Below are positions 10,909 to 20,779 of a stretch of DNA of 64,000 nucleotides, one piece after another; positions within the stretch are counted from its first letter, which is position 1, and each line of letters begins with the position of its first letter. Both the position numbers and the translations under genes were made by a program. The stretch covers positions 33,033 through 97,032 of the forward strand of contig JAHEJA010000015.1 in NCBI GenBank assembly GCA_024639125.1, given 5' to 3'. The notes under the pieces are model-generated. The model was not told the DNA's origin and searched no databases. It was given only the letters and a program-made list of their open reading frames with translations. The DNA comes from Paracoccaceae bacterium (GTDB lineage: Bacteria > Pseudomonadota > Alphaproteobacteria > Rhodobacterales > Rhodobacteraceae).

Positions 10909-11940
10909 TTAGTCCTTGAAATCTTGCCACGTCAGCTGTTGATTTCGCACAACAGCTGTCATCAGTGTCTTGCCAACAACCTTGTCAAAATCATAGCCGG
11001 CTATCGCGCCATCACCTGGTCGGCGGGCCCAAATATCGGCTTCTGTAATGGTATGTCCCGCAGGAAGATCCTTGTCTGCGACAACACTGGCGCGGGCAAA
11101 GCGATAGACGTCTTCTTCGGGGCCCGTCCGTTGTTTTTCATTGTGAAGTGCCGTGTGAATTTCACGCGAGCGATCAATCAAAAACCGAAGCTCTGCCGGA
11201 TCCATGGAACATGAAATATCCGGTCCCTTGCGATATCGGCTATCGGTGTAGTGCCGTTCCAAGATAGACGCCCCGAGCGCGACAGATGCCAACGCCATTT
11301 CAGGACCAATCGAATGATCCGAAAAGCCAACGACAGCCTTGGGAAAGGCTTTCTTAAGCTCTGTCACCCCTTTTAGGGATACAATTTCAGGAGGGGATGG
11401 ATAAAGATTGGTACATTCCAACAATGCATAGTCCACGCCCGACTGTTCCAAAATTTCGACGCTTTGGCGAATGCTTTCAATCGTTTGCATCCCAGTGGAC
11501 AATATCACAGGTTTACCCTTGGCAGCGATGTGGCGGATAAGTGGTAAGTTATCCGCTTCACCCGATCCGATTTTATACGCAGGGACATCAATGCTTTCTA
11601 GAAAGTCCGCAGCGGCCCGCGAGAACGGAGTCGAGATGTAAATCAACCCAAGGCTTTCTGTATACTCCTTGAGCGCGATTTCATCCTCTAGGGAAAGTGC
11701 GCAATTCTGCATCACATCCCAAATCGAAATAGGCGCATTCGGCGGAAAAATAGACTTGGCTGCTTCGGTCATTTCATCTTCGACAATGTGCGTTTGATGC
11801 TTAACACATTCACAGCCTGACAAGGCAGCTAAACGCACCATTTCTTTGGCCACAGCCAAGTCACCACCGTGATTGATACCGATTTCAGCTATTACCAAAG
11901 GAGGTTCCGTTGGGCCAATTTTTCTAGTGCCAATGTGCAT
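10909..11940 (-). CDS. neuB: N-acetylneuraminate (nonulosonate) synthase, NeuB family
   Basis: IGTRKIGPTEPPLVIAEIGINHGGDL TIM-barrel start and a C-terminal SAF/antifreeze-like domain. The preferred start is the ATG at 11940 (GGAG 6 nt upstream). The ORF-track start at 12009 would overlap lpxL-like by 58 nt. Confidence 0.85.
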   Translation of the reverse strand: MHIGTRKIGPTEPPLVIAEIGINHGGDLAVAKEMVRLAALSGCECVKHQTHIVEDEMTEAAKSIFPPNAPISIWDVMQNCALSLEDEIALKEYTESLGLIYISTPFSRAAADFLESIDVPAYKIGSGEADNLPLIRHIAAKGKPVILSTGMQTIESIRQSVEILEQSGVDYALLECTNLYPSPPEIVSLKGVTELKKAFPKAVVGFSDHSIGPEMALASVALGASILERHYTDSRYRKGPDISCSMDPAELRFLIDRSREIHTALHNEKQRTGPEEDVYRFARASVVADKDLPAGHTITEADIWARRPGDGAIAGYDFDKVVGKTLMTAVVRNQQLTWQDFKD

Positions 11941-11951
11941 CATGCACTCCG

Positions 11952-12857
11952 TTATGAATTGTTGTGATGCGCGGGCATCTTTTTCCAGCGGCGATGTATC
12001 CAAAACCACTGTTCTGGATTTACACGAACGCGTTTCTCAAGGCTATCATTAAGATCTTGGGTCATTTGAACAGCATCAGAATGTTCAATGGGCTCTTCTA
12101 GTACAATTTCATAGCTTAGATCAGCTTGTCGAATAGCATAGGCAGGTACCATTACTGCGTTAAATTTCAAAGCTAACTCGGCAACAGATAGGGCCGTGTA
12201 TGCCGTTTCACCAAAAAACGTAACAGGCGCGCCGTTCCATGCATGTTGATCAATCAACACAGCCAACGATCCCCCAGATCGCAAAAACGTAACCATTTCC
12301 TTTAAGCCAGGGCGCCCGCGTTCGAACAAAGGCGTGCCGATTTTTGAAATGGATTCAATGTAATCTTTGTGGAAATAGGGATTGTTCATCCGCCGATATA
12401 ATCCACCAACCGACAATCCCGCATGGATCAAGTTAGCGCGCACTGCATCGTAGTTCCCAAAATGCCCAGATACCACAATGGTCGGACGTCCTTCGGACTG
12501 CGCTTGTTTCAGAAGATCCAGACCTGGACCTGAAATTGGCATTCCGATCACGTGGCGCGAAAATTCATTTGGCGAAAAGAGCTCGGTCAACGTAATCCCA
12601 ACATTGCGACACACATCTTTGGCCAATTGATCGGCTTTGTCTGGCGCGACTTCGGGCCAAACGCGGGCAAGGTTTTCAACAACGCGTTTGTTGTAACCTG
12701 CCAAAGGCGCTACTATTTTTCCAAAAAACCACCCGCCAAAACGTCTGCGGGGCGAAAAAGGGATCACACGAAGCAACCACAGCAACCCGCGAATTATCGT
12801 AGCTTGCAGTCGGTATTTCACGTCCTGACGGGTTGAGAGGGTCTTTTTATTTGCCAC
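11952..12857 (-). CDS. lpxL: Lipid A biosynthesis late (lauroyl/myristoyl) acyltransferase, LpxL/HtrB family
   Basis: 301 aa with an N-terminal membrane anchor and the HxxxxD acyltransferase motif (SGHFGNYD), the length typical of Kdo2-lipid IVA acyltransferases. It is the first gene of the minus-strand operon. Confidence 0.8.
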   Translation of the reverse strand: MANKKTLSTRQDVKYRLQATIIRGLLWLLRVIPFSPRRRFGGWFFGKIVAPLAGYNKRVVENLARVWPEVAPDKADQLAKDVCRNVGITLTELFSPNEFSRHVIGMPISGPGLDLLKQAQSEGRPTIVVSGHFGNYDAVRANLIHAGLSVGGLYRRMNNPYFHKDYIESISKIGTPLFERGRPGLKEMVTFLRSGGSLAVLIDQHAWNGAPVTFFGETAYTALSVAELALKFNAVMVPAYAIRQADLSYEIVLEEPIEHSDAVQMTQDLNDSLEKRVRVNPEQWFWIHRRWKKMPAHHNNS

Positions 12858-12981
12858 GCGTAGCCTCTGGCTTTTCGTAAAAACATGACAGATGACCTAG
12901 CACCTTCGTAATAAGAGTACCAGTAATTGTCACTCTTTTGATTTACATTGTTGCGCGATGTTCATATGACATTCACCCAAC

Positions 12982-13647
12982 ATGCTCATCGCGCCCTTTG
13001 GCCAGTCGGAACACTTTATGCGTAAAAAAGACAAATTCGATGTACCAATCCACGATGACGCAGCATTGCAAAAATCTTTGGCCTATATGCGTTGGTCAGA
13101 CCATGCAATTCTACGCCAAGTATGGAACAACTTTGATCAGATTGCACCACGGGTATATCGCTCCAATCATCCCTCGCCAAAGCAATTTGAATGGCTGCGC
13201 GATCAAGGGATCAAAACGATCCTTAGTTTTCGCGCAAATAGATTCGCTCCAACGCACACAGAGAAATATCTTTGCAAGAAGCTTGGTCTAACTTTCCATA
13301 GCTGCCCAATGTCATCAAGCGCACCGCTTGCGTCAGAATTGAATGCTTTATTTGGCTACTTTGATACACTTGAAAAACCGTTTCTGATGCATTGCAAATC
13401 AGGCGCAGACCGCACCAGTTTAGCCAGCGCGCTCTATCTGATCGATCAAGCCGGCTATTCAGCCGATCAAACCAAACACATGTTTTCATTGCGGTATGTA
13501 CACCTTAAGTTTTCCAAAAAAGGCGTGCTTGATGCGTTCATCGATGCTTTTGCGCGCGCCAATCACAGCACTGGCATCCCCATAAGAGAGTGGGTCAACA
13601 CGGTCTATAACCCAGAGGAACTTCAGGCCGCATTTGATGCGCGCTAG
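12982..13647 (+). CDS. Cys-based (CX5R) phosphatase, atypical dual-specificity/tyrosine phosphatase family
   Basis: Catalytic P-loop HCKSGADRTS (CX5R) resembling PFA-DSP/Siw14-like HCK(R/S)GxxRTG. Divergent from the lpxL-like operon. Confidence 0.6.
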   Translation: MLIAPFGQSEHFMRKKDKFDVPIHDDAALQKSLAYMRWSDHAILRQVWNNFDQIAPRVYRSNHPSPKQFEWLRDQGIKTILSFRANRFAPTHTEKYLCKKLGLTFHSCPMSSSAPLASELNALFGYFDTLEKPFLMHCKSGADRTSLASALYLIDQAGYSADQTKHMFSLRYVHLKFSKKGVLDAFIDAFARANHSTGIPIREWVNTVYNPEELQAAFDAR

Positions 13648-13649
13648 GG

Positions 13650-15158
13650 TTATTCCGACTTCGCCACTTTGCGATTGGATAGCGGAATTTCATGCAGTTT
13701 AAACGCAAACCCTATTCCGATAATCGCTAAACACGTTATGATCCAATAGCTTGGATGCAAAGCAAACACGACCGCATCACCGACTACGCCACGCATATCT
13801 TGGGGAATGATCGCCATAGATTGCGGACCAAGTTCGCTAATGGAAATCGGCCCCATATCAATACCCGAGCTGGTCATAGCTGTTCCCATTCTGGATACAA
13901 ATATAGCCCCAAACGCAGAAACAGCCAAAGATCCACCGATTTGACGGAACAAGATTGGTGCCGCCGTCGCCGTGCCCAGTTGGGACTTTGGCACAGCATT
14001 TTGCACAGCCGTCGATAAAATCGGAAAAATGAACCCCATGCCAAGGCCTATCAATAGGATCGTAACACTGAATCTGAGAACCGAAGTGTCTTTGGTCAAC
14101 AGGGTCGTTGCAATGCCACCCAGAGCCAACAGCACCATCCCGAATTTGGCTAACACAGTGTACCGTCCGGTTTTTCCCATATAAATGCCGGCAAGCGTCG
14201 ATGTCGTAACGATACCGATTGTTAACGGTATGAGTTGTAATCCCGACATGGTTGGCGATGTGCCTTGGGCCAGCTGAAGATACAGAGGGAAATAGGTGAT
14301 CGCGCCAAGCATGCAGACACCAGAAATAAAACTGATCACATTACAGACCCAAAACACATTAATTTTGAACAGGCTCAATGGCAAAATCGGTTCCTGAGCA
14401 CGCCCTTCAGCCCAAATAAACACCGCTGTCGAAACCACAGTCATCCCAAGTAAAAGAGCGCCCCAAGCAGATACCCATGATCCACCGTGCGCCCCTAAGC
14501 TTGCAAATAATGTAAGCATTGATAAAGCGAAGGATAACGAAATAGCGCCAAGCCAGTCAATTTTGCGCTTGGTTCTTGTTGTCGAGCCAGGAAAGCTAAT
14601 CGCAAAAGCCACAAGAGCCGCAACGCCGATTGGGACATTGATGAAAAAGATCCAGTGCCAGCTAAAGGATTGAACAAATATACCGCCGACCAAAGGGCCA
14701 ATAACGCTTGATATACTGAAAATAGCGGCAAAGACGCCCTGAACTTTACCGCGATCTCTGGGTTCTATGACATCACCCACAACAGCCAATGCCAAAACGA
14801 AAAGCCCGCCGCCGCCTATGCCCTGAACCGCACGTGCAAAGATCAAAAACGGCATCGTTTGTGCGACGCCGCACAAAGTAGACCCAAGCAAAAATATAGA
14901 AACAGAGAGATACACAATGTTTCTGCGTCCATACAGATCGCCTAATTTCCCATAGATAGGTGACGCCACTGTCGACGCCAGAATATAGGCCGTTACGACC
15001 CAACTTAGCTGCGACAACCCACCCAAGTCAGCCACAATTGTTGGCAATGCAGTGGATACGATTGTTTGATCCAAAGCCGCAAGCAAAAGCAATGATGCAA
15101 CAGACGCAATCACCAACTTTGCCGAATGTACTTTGGGGGTATTCAGGTCAGAAACCAT
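13650..15158 (-). CDS. MFS transporter, DHA2 (EmrB/QacA) 14-TMS drug:H+ antiporter family
   Basis: 502 aa with the MFS signature GKLGDLYGRRNIVYLSV and ~14 hydrophobic segments. Confidence 0.85.
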   Translation of the reverse strand: MVSDLNTPKVHSAKLVIASVASLLLLAALDQTIVSTALPTIVADLGGLSQLSWVVTAYILASTVASPIYGKLGDLYGRRNIVYLSVSIFLLGSTLCGVAQTMPFLIFARAVQGIGGGGLFVLALAVVGDVIEPRDRGKVQGVFAAIFSISSVIGPLVGGIFVQSFSWHWIFFINVPIGVAALVAFAISFPGSTTRTKRKIDWLGAISLSFALSMLTLFASLGAHGGSWVSAWGALLLGMTVVSTAVFIWAEGRAQEPILPLSLFKINVFWVCNVISFISGVCMLGAITYFPLYLQLAQGTSPTMSGLQLIPLTIGIVTTSTLAGIYMGKTGRYTVLAKFGMVLLALGGIATTLLTKDTSVLRFSVTILLIGLGMGFIFPILSTAVQNAVPKSQLGTATAAPILFRQIGGSLAVSAFGAIFVSRMGTAMTSSGIDMGPISISELGPQSMAIIPQDMRGVVGDAVVFALHPSYWIITCLAIIGIGFAFKLHEIPLSNRKVAKSE

Positions 15159-15249
15159 GGAATTGAGCCAGTATTTTTAAATAAAAAGAGCACCTTACGC
15201 CGGAATGACATAAGTCGTTTATATCAACGTGGTATGCCATTGAACCCTA

Positions 15250-16542
15250 TCAGAGGGATAAGTCAACACATGACCCCATCGCGATCGTATTTGGTTGTGC
15301 ATTTAGGCCATCGATTGCCAATCCCGCTGCAGCCTTGTACCGCGCCATAAAATCAGTTAGCTCGCGGGGGGCAATCACGTCATTGATATGATCAAATTCG
15401 CCACGGCAGCGTTCATCAACCAGATTAAGAATTCCAAATGGGCCAGCACCCCGATTGCGCAAAACCAATTCGGAAACCGGACCACAAAGCGTTGCATCAA
15501 AGTCAGCCAAGGCCGCTTGGGTTATGCCATGCGTCACAAAGCGCGCGCCTAACACCCGCGCATCAACAATGGCTTGGCTCGCGCCATTTGATCCCGTTGG
15601 ATACATGGCATGGGCCGCATCACCGATCAAAATAACGCGCCCGTCTTGCCATGTCGCAAGAGGATCGCGATCCGTCATTGGGTATTCATAAACTGTTTCC
15701 GCTGACCGTAGCAAAGCCGGCACATCTAGCCAATCATAGGTCCAGTTTTCAAAATGATGCACGAAATCTTGGTGTGACACTTTGCGGTTCCAATCGCTGC
15801 TGGGCCAACCATTTTCCGCATCAACCGTCACTTCGGCGATCCAATTAATATCGGCGAGACCCGTTTCAGGGTCCGCAGCAGAAATGGGATAAAACACCAA
15901 TCTATGCCGATGCGTTCCAAGCCCAACGAACGACGCGCCCGTGCGAATTGGTTTGGCTTTGCTGGTGCCGCGCCACATAATCGCACCGCCCCAATGTATC
16001 GGCGGTTGCTCGGGCACCATTTGCGCGCGTACGGCGGAATGAATGCCATCTGCCCCAACCAATACGCGGCACGTCCGTGTCGATGTTACCCCGTCCCCAT
16101 CCCGAAGCGTCACTGTCACAGTGTCGTCTGCATTGTTTTCATAGGCTGTTACGCGCTGCCCCAAGGTGACCGCCTCTGCGCCCAAACGATCCAGCACTTT
16201 GTGATAGAGCATCATTTGTAGTTTGCCGCGATGCACAGAATATTGTGGCCACTTATAACCCGCATCCCGTCCGCGCGGTTCGGAATAAATCTGATTACCG
16301 TTCAGCCCCACCAACGCCCATTCTTTGGCGGAAACACCAACGCGATCCAGATCTTGTTCAGTAATGTCCAAATCAAACAATTCTCGAACAGCGTTTGGCT
16401 GAATGTTAATTCCAACACCAAGGGGTCGCAATTCTGAAACTGATTCAATCACTTGGCAAGGTACGCCGATTTGATGCAGCGTCAAAGCAAGTGCCATTCC
16501 GCCAATGCCACCCCCTGCGATCAAAACCGTTGTATCCGTCAT
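15250..16542 (-). CDS. FAD-dependent aromatic-ring monooxygenase/hydroxylase (group A flavin monooxygenase)
   Basis: VLIAGGGIGGMALAL GxGxxG, GADGIHSAVR and ILIGDAAHAMYPTGSNGASQAIVDA motifs. The substrate cannot be assigned. Confidence 0.8.
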   Translation of the reverse strand: MTDTTVLIAGGGIGGMALALTLHQIGVPCQVIESVSELRPLGVGINIQPNAVRELFDLDITEQDLDRVGVSAKEWALVGLNGNQIYSEPRGRDAGYKWPQYSVHRGKLQMMLYHKVLDRLGAEAVTLGQRVTAYENNADDTVTVTLRDGDGVTSTRTCRVLVGADGIHSAVRAQMVPEQPPIHWGGAIMWRGTSKAKPIRTGASFVGLGTHRHRLVFYPISAADPETGLADINWIAEVTVDAENGWPSSDWNRKVSHQDFVHHFENWTYDWLDVPALLRSAETVYEYPMTDRDPLATWQDGRVILIGDAAHAMYPTGSNGASQAIVDARVLGARFVTHGITQAALADFDATLCGPVSELVLRNRGAGPFGILNLVDERCRGEFDHINDVIAPRELTDFMARYKAAAGLAIDGLNAQPNTIAMGSCVDLSL

Positions 16543-16610
16543 ACTGCGCCCTTTCGTTATGCAGCATAACTAAATCAAATCTACGCTTTTAGCGCAAGCG
16601 ATTTACCAAG

Positions 16611-16635
16611 CAAAAAACGCAGCACAGGGCTGCGT
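16611..16635 (-). terminator. Rho-independent terminator after the polyol operon (mtlK stop at 16658)
   Basis: ACGCAGCacaggGCTGCGT stem preceded on the plus strand by AAAAAA, which is a T-run after the stem on the minus strand. Confidence 0.5.
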
Positions 16636-16657
16636 TCTTGAACATGTTGGCTTGGAA

Positions 16658-18166
16658 TTACTGCGCCAAATAGGTCTGAAGCGCGGTGCGCGTACCTTGG
16701 TCCCAGATCAAGTTCAACCAACGGGCAAAACTGGCCGAAAAAGCGGAATTCTGGGCAATGTCACCGTAATAATGACGTTGATCCAACCACGCTTGGGGGT
16801 TTGACTTTGCGGATTTAGCGGCGACTTGCAGGCTGTCCCAAAAGGGATCATTTGCGTCTATAACTGAACCATCCTCGCGCGTGCCTTCGCACATCCGCGC
16901 CCAAAGCGCTTGGGACAAAGCCAAGCCATCGATTGACGTGCCAGCAGCAAGCGCGTCTGTAATGACTGGCAAAATAAACCCAGTGTGCCGAGATGACCCA
17001 TCAAAGGCTACGCGGCGGACTGTGTCCACAATTTCCGGATTTGAAAAACGGCTATCAATTAAATCAACATAGGCCTGCGGCGTCATCCCTGGAACGTCAT
17101 GCACATGTGGCGCAACTTCTTCTAACGCTATTTTGCGAAAGAGCGCTCCGATCAAGTCGTCTTGCATACATTCAGATATCATTTCAATCGACAGGATTTC
17201 ACCGGGATTGGAAATAACTTGATGGCCCCCGTTCAATATGCGAATTTTCATCGCTTCAAAAGCGTGAACATCATCGGAAATAGTCGCACCCGCGTCTTCC
17301 CAATTTGGACGTCCGGCACAGAAACTATCTTCGATCACCCATTGACGGAAATTTTCGTGGGTCACGGGTGCTTGATCATCAACGCCAAAAGACGCCGCAA
17401 TTTCATATTCCTTTGGCCCTGTTGCAGGTACAATGCAATCAACCATGGAATTTGGGAACGTGCAGGTTTCATCAATCCAATCCGCAAGATCCGGATCAGA
17501 CATCCGCGCCAACGATACCAGTGTTTGACGCAAAATTGCACCGTTGCCTTGAAGGTTATCACAGCTCTGACCCGTGAACGGACCAAGACCCGAAGCCCGA
17601 CGCAGCTTGAGCGCGGCGATCATCGCCCCAAATGCCGTCCTTGGCGTGTCCGGGTTTTGTGCGTCATGCTGCATATCTGGATGTTCTGCATCAAAGCCCT
17701 TGGTAACCGGATTGATGTAATACCCACCTTCGGTAATTGTCAGCGCAACAATGCGAATATTAGGTTGTGCCATGCGCGCAATCAACGGACCATTGCCGTC
17801 TTCGATGGGAACGTAATCAATCATAGACCCAGTGATTTCGGCAGAACGGCCCTTGGGATCAAGCTCGATCAAAGTCGTCAAATAATCCTGCGACGCCAGT
17901 TTATCACGCTGGACACGATCATAAGGCCGCACACCCGCACCGACGATCGCCCAATCCTGAGCTTGCCCCATTTGCATCAAACGGTGCAAATACCAGGCTT
18001 GGTGCGCACGATGAAAGTTGCCTAACCCGATATGCACGATCCCCGCCGTCAGAGCCGAACGATCATAAGCCGGACGCTTCACATCTTGGGGAAGCTCAGG
18101 CAGTGTCGCGTTCGACAGTTTGATTAAGGTGTCTTTTAGAATTGCTTGTGCCATCAGCTCATCCAT
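16658..18166 (-). CDS. mtlK: Mannitol 2-dehydrogenase (long-chain mannitol dehydrogenase family)
   Basis: 502 aa with the IVHIGLGNFHRAHQAWY N-terminal Rossmann motif of the MtlK/UxuB family. It is the last gene of the smo operon, as in Rhodobacter sphaeroides. Confidence 0.85.
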   Translation of the reverse strand: MDELMAQAILKDTLIKLSNATLPELPQDVKRPAYDRSALTAGIVHIGLGNFHRAHQAWYLHRLMQMGQAQDWAIVGAGVRPYDRVQRDKLASQDYLTTLIELDPKGRSAEITGSMIDYVPIEDGNGPLIARMAQPNIRIVALTITEGGYYINPVTKGFDAEHPDMQHDAQNPDTPRTAFGAMIAALKLRRASGLGPFTGQSCDNLQGNGAILRQTLVSLARMSDPDLADWIDETCTFPNSMVDCIVPATGPKEYEIAASFGVDDQAPVTHENFRQWVIEDSFCAGRPNWEDAGATISDDVHAFEAMKIRILNGGHQVISNPGEILSIEMISECMQDDLIGALFRKIALEEVAPHVHDVPGMTPQAYVDLIDSRFSNPEIVDTVRRVAFDGSSRHTGFILPVITDALAAGTSIDGLALSQALWARMCEGTREDGSVIDANDPFWDSLQVAAKSAKSNPQAWLDQRHYYGDIAQNSAFSASFARWLNLIWDQGTRTALQTYLAQ

Positions 18167-18927
18167 TGTCCGCCGTCAACGTTATAACACTGCGAAACGA
18201 TGTAATCGGCGTCATCGCTCGCCAAGAAAATTGCCATTCCGGTTAAATCATCTGCGCGACCCATGCGCCCATAAGGAACGCTTTCGCCGACTTCTTTTTT
18301 CTTTTGACCGGGGGCTTTGTTTTCATATTTTGCGAAAAAGGCATCAACACCATCCCAATGTTCGCCATCGACGACACCAGGTGCAATTGCGTTCACATTG
18401 ATGCCATGTTGTATAAGGTTCAATCCAGCAGACTGTGTTAGGCTAATCACGGCTGCCTTTGTCGCGCAATAGACGGCAACCAAGGCTTCACCGCGACGCC
18501 CTGCTTGGCTTGCCATGTTGATGATTTTACCTTTGATTCCGCGCTCGATCATATGACGTGACACAGCTTGCATCATGAAAAGTGGTCCGGATACGTTGAT
18601 ATCAAACAAGGTTTGATAATCCGCGCGATCAATCTCGACGATTGGAGCAGCAGAAAAAAGTGCGGCATTATTAACCAATATATCGATCTGTCCAAAGGCA
18701 GAAATTGTTTCTGACACAGCCAAATCAATGCTATCTTGCTTTGTAACATCCAAAGCAACGGCAATCGCATGATCACCAAGCTCGGCAGCTGTTTCTTGGG
18801 CGCGGGTCAAGTTAATGTCTGCTATCGCAACCCGCGCACCTTCGCGGATATAGGCTTGGGCAAATGCCCGACCAATACCGCGTGCGGACCCTGTGATCAG
18901 TGCTGTTTTACCCTCTAGCCGTTTCAT
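18154..18927 (-). CDS. polS: Sorbitol (L-iditol) dehydrogenase, SDR family
   Basis: [16 protein letters not shown]...YCATKAAV with Tyr-x3-Lys. The arrangement is close to R. sphaeroides SmoS/PolS. It overlaps mtlK by 13 nt. Confidence 0.85.
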   Translation of the reverse strand: MKRLEGKTALITGSARGIGRAFAQAYIREGARVAIADINLTRAQETAAELGDHAIAVALDVTKQDSIDLAVSETISAFGQIDILVNNAALFSAAPIVEIDRADYQTLFDINVSGPLFMMQAVSRHMIERGIKGKIINMASQAGRRGEALVAVYCATKAAVISLTQSAGLNLIQHGINVNAIAPGVVDGEHWDGVDAFFAKYENKAPGQKKKEVGESVPYGRMGRADDLTGMAIFLASDDADYIVSQCYNVDGGQWMS

Positions 18928-19928
18928 CCGATACGAAGTCCTTCTGCGTCAAATTTATGGATCACATCGTCGCGAGGCGTTAGATAGACGCGATCGCCAT
19001 ATTTGAAATTGACTTCACCATCGACCCGAACAGTGATTGTATCTGCAAGGCCTGTGCCGTGAATGTGGAAAAACGTGTCTGAACCCAAGTGTTCTGAAAC
19101 GACAACTTTGCCACTCCATGGGCCTTCGGACCCTGAGACTGAAATATGTTCTGGGCGAATACCGATCGTATGCGCGCCATATTTTGCCGCCTCTTCTCCG
19201 TCGATCAGATTCATTTTGGGCGATCCAATAAAGCCAGCGACAAATGTATTTCGGGGGCTATGGTAAAGCTCTAGCGGCGATCCCACTTGTTCTATGTTTC
19301 CCGCACGCAAAACAACGATCTTGTCAGCCATTGTCATGGCTTCCACCTGATCGTGGGTCACATAGATCATTGTGGTTTCAAGACGTTTGTGAAGCTCGCT
19401 AATTTCCAACCGCATGCCGACACGCAATGCAGCGTCCAGATTTGACAACGGCTCATCGAACAAGAACGCCGATGGTTCCCGCACGATGGCGCGGCCAATC
19501 GCAACACGTTGACGTTGGCCACCAGACAACTGTCCAGGACGTCGATCCAAATAGTCGGATAGGTTCAGAACTTCGGCAGCTTTGGTGACGCGTTCGTCTT
19601 GTTCCGCTTTGCTCAGGCCCGCCATCCGAAGCGGAAAGGTAATGTTCTTGCGCACTGACATATGCGGATAGAGCGCATAGGATTGAAAGACCATCGCCAA
19701 ACCGCGCTTTGCCGGAGCAAGGTCGGTTGCATCATTATCGTCGATCTTAATCACACCACTGGACACATCTTCTAAGCCAGCAATCAGTCGCAAGAGCGTT
19801 GATTTACCACAGCCAGATGGCCCGACGAACACCACAAACTCACCCTCTTCAATCGTCAGATCAAGCGGTGGAATGACCTCGGTATTGCCGAATTTTTTCG
19901 TTACGCTTTCTAGTACAATACGTCCCAT
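18924..19928 (-). CDS. smoK: Sugar-alcohol ABC transporter ATP-binding protein (MalK-like)
   Basis: Walker [20 protein letters not shown] signature and a C-terminal TOBE domain. Confidence 0.85.
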   Translation of the reverse strand: MGRIVLESVTKKFGNTEVIPPLDLTIEEGEFVVFVGPSGCGKSTLLRLIAGLEDVSSGVIKIDDNDATDLAPAKRGLAMVFQSYALYPHMSVRKNITFPLRMAGLSKAEQDERVTKAAEVLNLSDYLDRRPGQLSGGQRQRVAIGRAIVREPSAFLFDEPLSNLDAALRVGMRLEISELHKRLETTMIYVTHDQVEAMTMADKIVVLRAGNIEQVGSPLELYHSPRNTFVAGFIGSPKMNLIDGEEAAKYGAHTIGIRPEHISVSGSEGPWSGKVVVSEHLGSDTFFHIHGTGLADTITVRVDGEVNFKYGDRVYLTPRDDVIHKFDAEGLRIG

Positions 19929-19937
19929 AATCTTTTC

Positions 19938-20771
19938 CTATTTCACCGCGCCAAAGGTCAGGCCACGTACAAGTTGCTTTTGGCTGAACCAGCCAAGAAT
20001 TAGAATTGGCGCAATCGCCATTGTTGATGCTGCTGACAGTTTGGCAAAAAACAAACCTTCTGGGCTTGAATAGCTGGCAATAAAGGCTGTCAAAGGGGCT
20101 GCTTTTGCGGCGGTCAAATTCAAAGTCCAGAACGCTTCGTTCCAAGCCAAGATAACGTTAAGCAAAACAGTCGAAGCAATGCCCGGAATAGCCATCGGTG
20201 TCAGCACATACAGAATTTCATCCTTAAGCGAGGCTCCGTCCATGCGGGCGGCTTCGAGAATTTCACCGGGGATTTCTTTAAAGTATGTATAGAGCATCCA
20301 GATAATGATCGGCAGGTTGATCAGCATCAGAATAATCATCAGACCCAAACGGCTATCTAGCAGGCCAAGTTTTACGAAGCCGATGTAAATTGGATAGAGC
20401 ACACCAACAGCCGGCAACATCTTGGTCGAGAGCATCCACATCAGGATGTCTTTGGTTCGGTTAGATGGAACAAACGCCATCGACCAAGCGGCTGGTACGG
20501 CAATGATAATGCCCAACAAAGTGGAACCACCCGCCAAGAAAATTGAATTCCACAAAAAGCGCATATAGTTTGAACGCTCTTGAACAACCGCATAGTTTTC
20601 CAATGTCCAATCAAAGAAAAGGAACAAGGGTGGATCGTTGATTGCCTGAGCTTCGGTTTTAAAGCTGGTTAGAATTGTCCAAAGGATCGGGAAAAAGATC
20701 ACAAATCCGATAGACCACGCAATCAAAGTATTTAACGTTTTGCGTTGTGTTGTAACTGCACGTGCCATCAC
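19938..20771 (-). CDS. smoG: Sugar-alcohol ABC transporter permease (MalG-like)
   Basis: 277 aa, 6 TMS, EAA loop (EAARMDGASLKDEI). Confidence 0.85.
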   Translation of the reverse strand: MMARAVTTQRKTLNTLIAWSIGFVIFFPILWTILTSFKTEAQAINDPPLFLFFDWTLENYAVVQERSNYMRFLWNSIFLAGGSTLLGIIIAVPAAWSMAFVPSNRTKDILMWMLSTKMLPAVGVLYPIYIGFVKLGLLDSRLGLMIILMLINLPIIIWMLYTYFKEIPGEILEAARMDGASLKDEILYVLTPMAIPGIASTVLLNVILAWNEAFWTLNLTAAKAAPLTAFIASYSSPEGLFFAKLSAASTMAIAPILILGWFSQKQLVRGLTFGAVK

Positions 20772-20779
20772 TTTGTTCC

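Noticed and set aside
12982-13647. The CX5R phosphatase considered as a lipid A 1- or 4'-phosphatase.
   Set aside because: Known lipid A phosphatases (LpxE, LpxF) are PAP2-family membrane enzymes. This protein has no TM segments and a PTP-type P-loop, so that specific assignment was dropped. Only the co-location is reported.
17162-18025. 287-aa plus-strand ORF, one of many long antisense ORFs in the six-frame track.
   Set aside because: It is entirely antisense to mtlK, a well-supported mannitol-dehydrogenase-family gene. It has an Arg/His/Cys-rich low-complexity translation typical of wrong-frame reading. No family resemblance.
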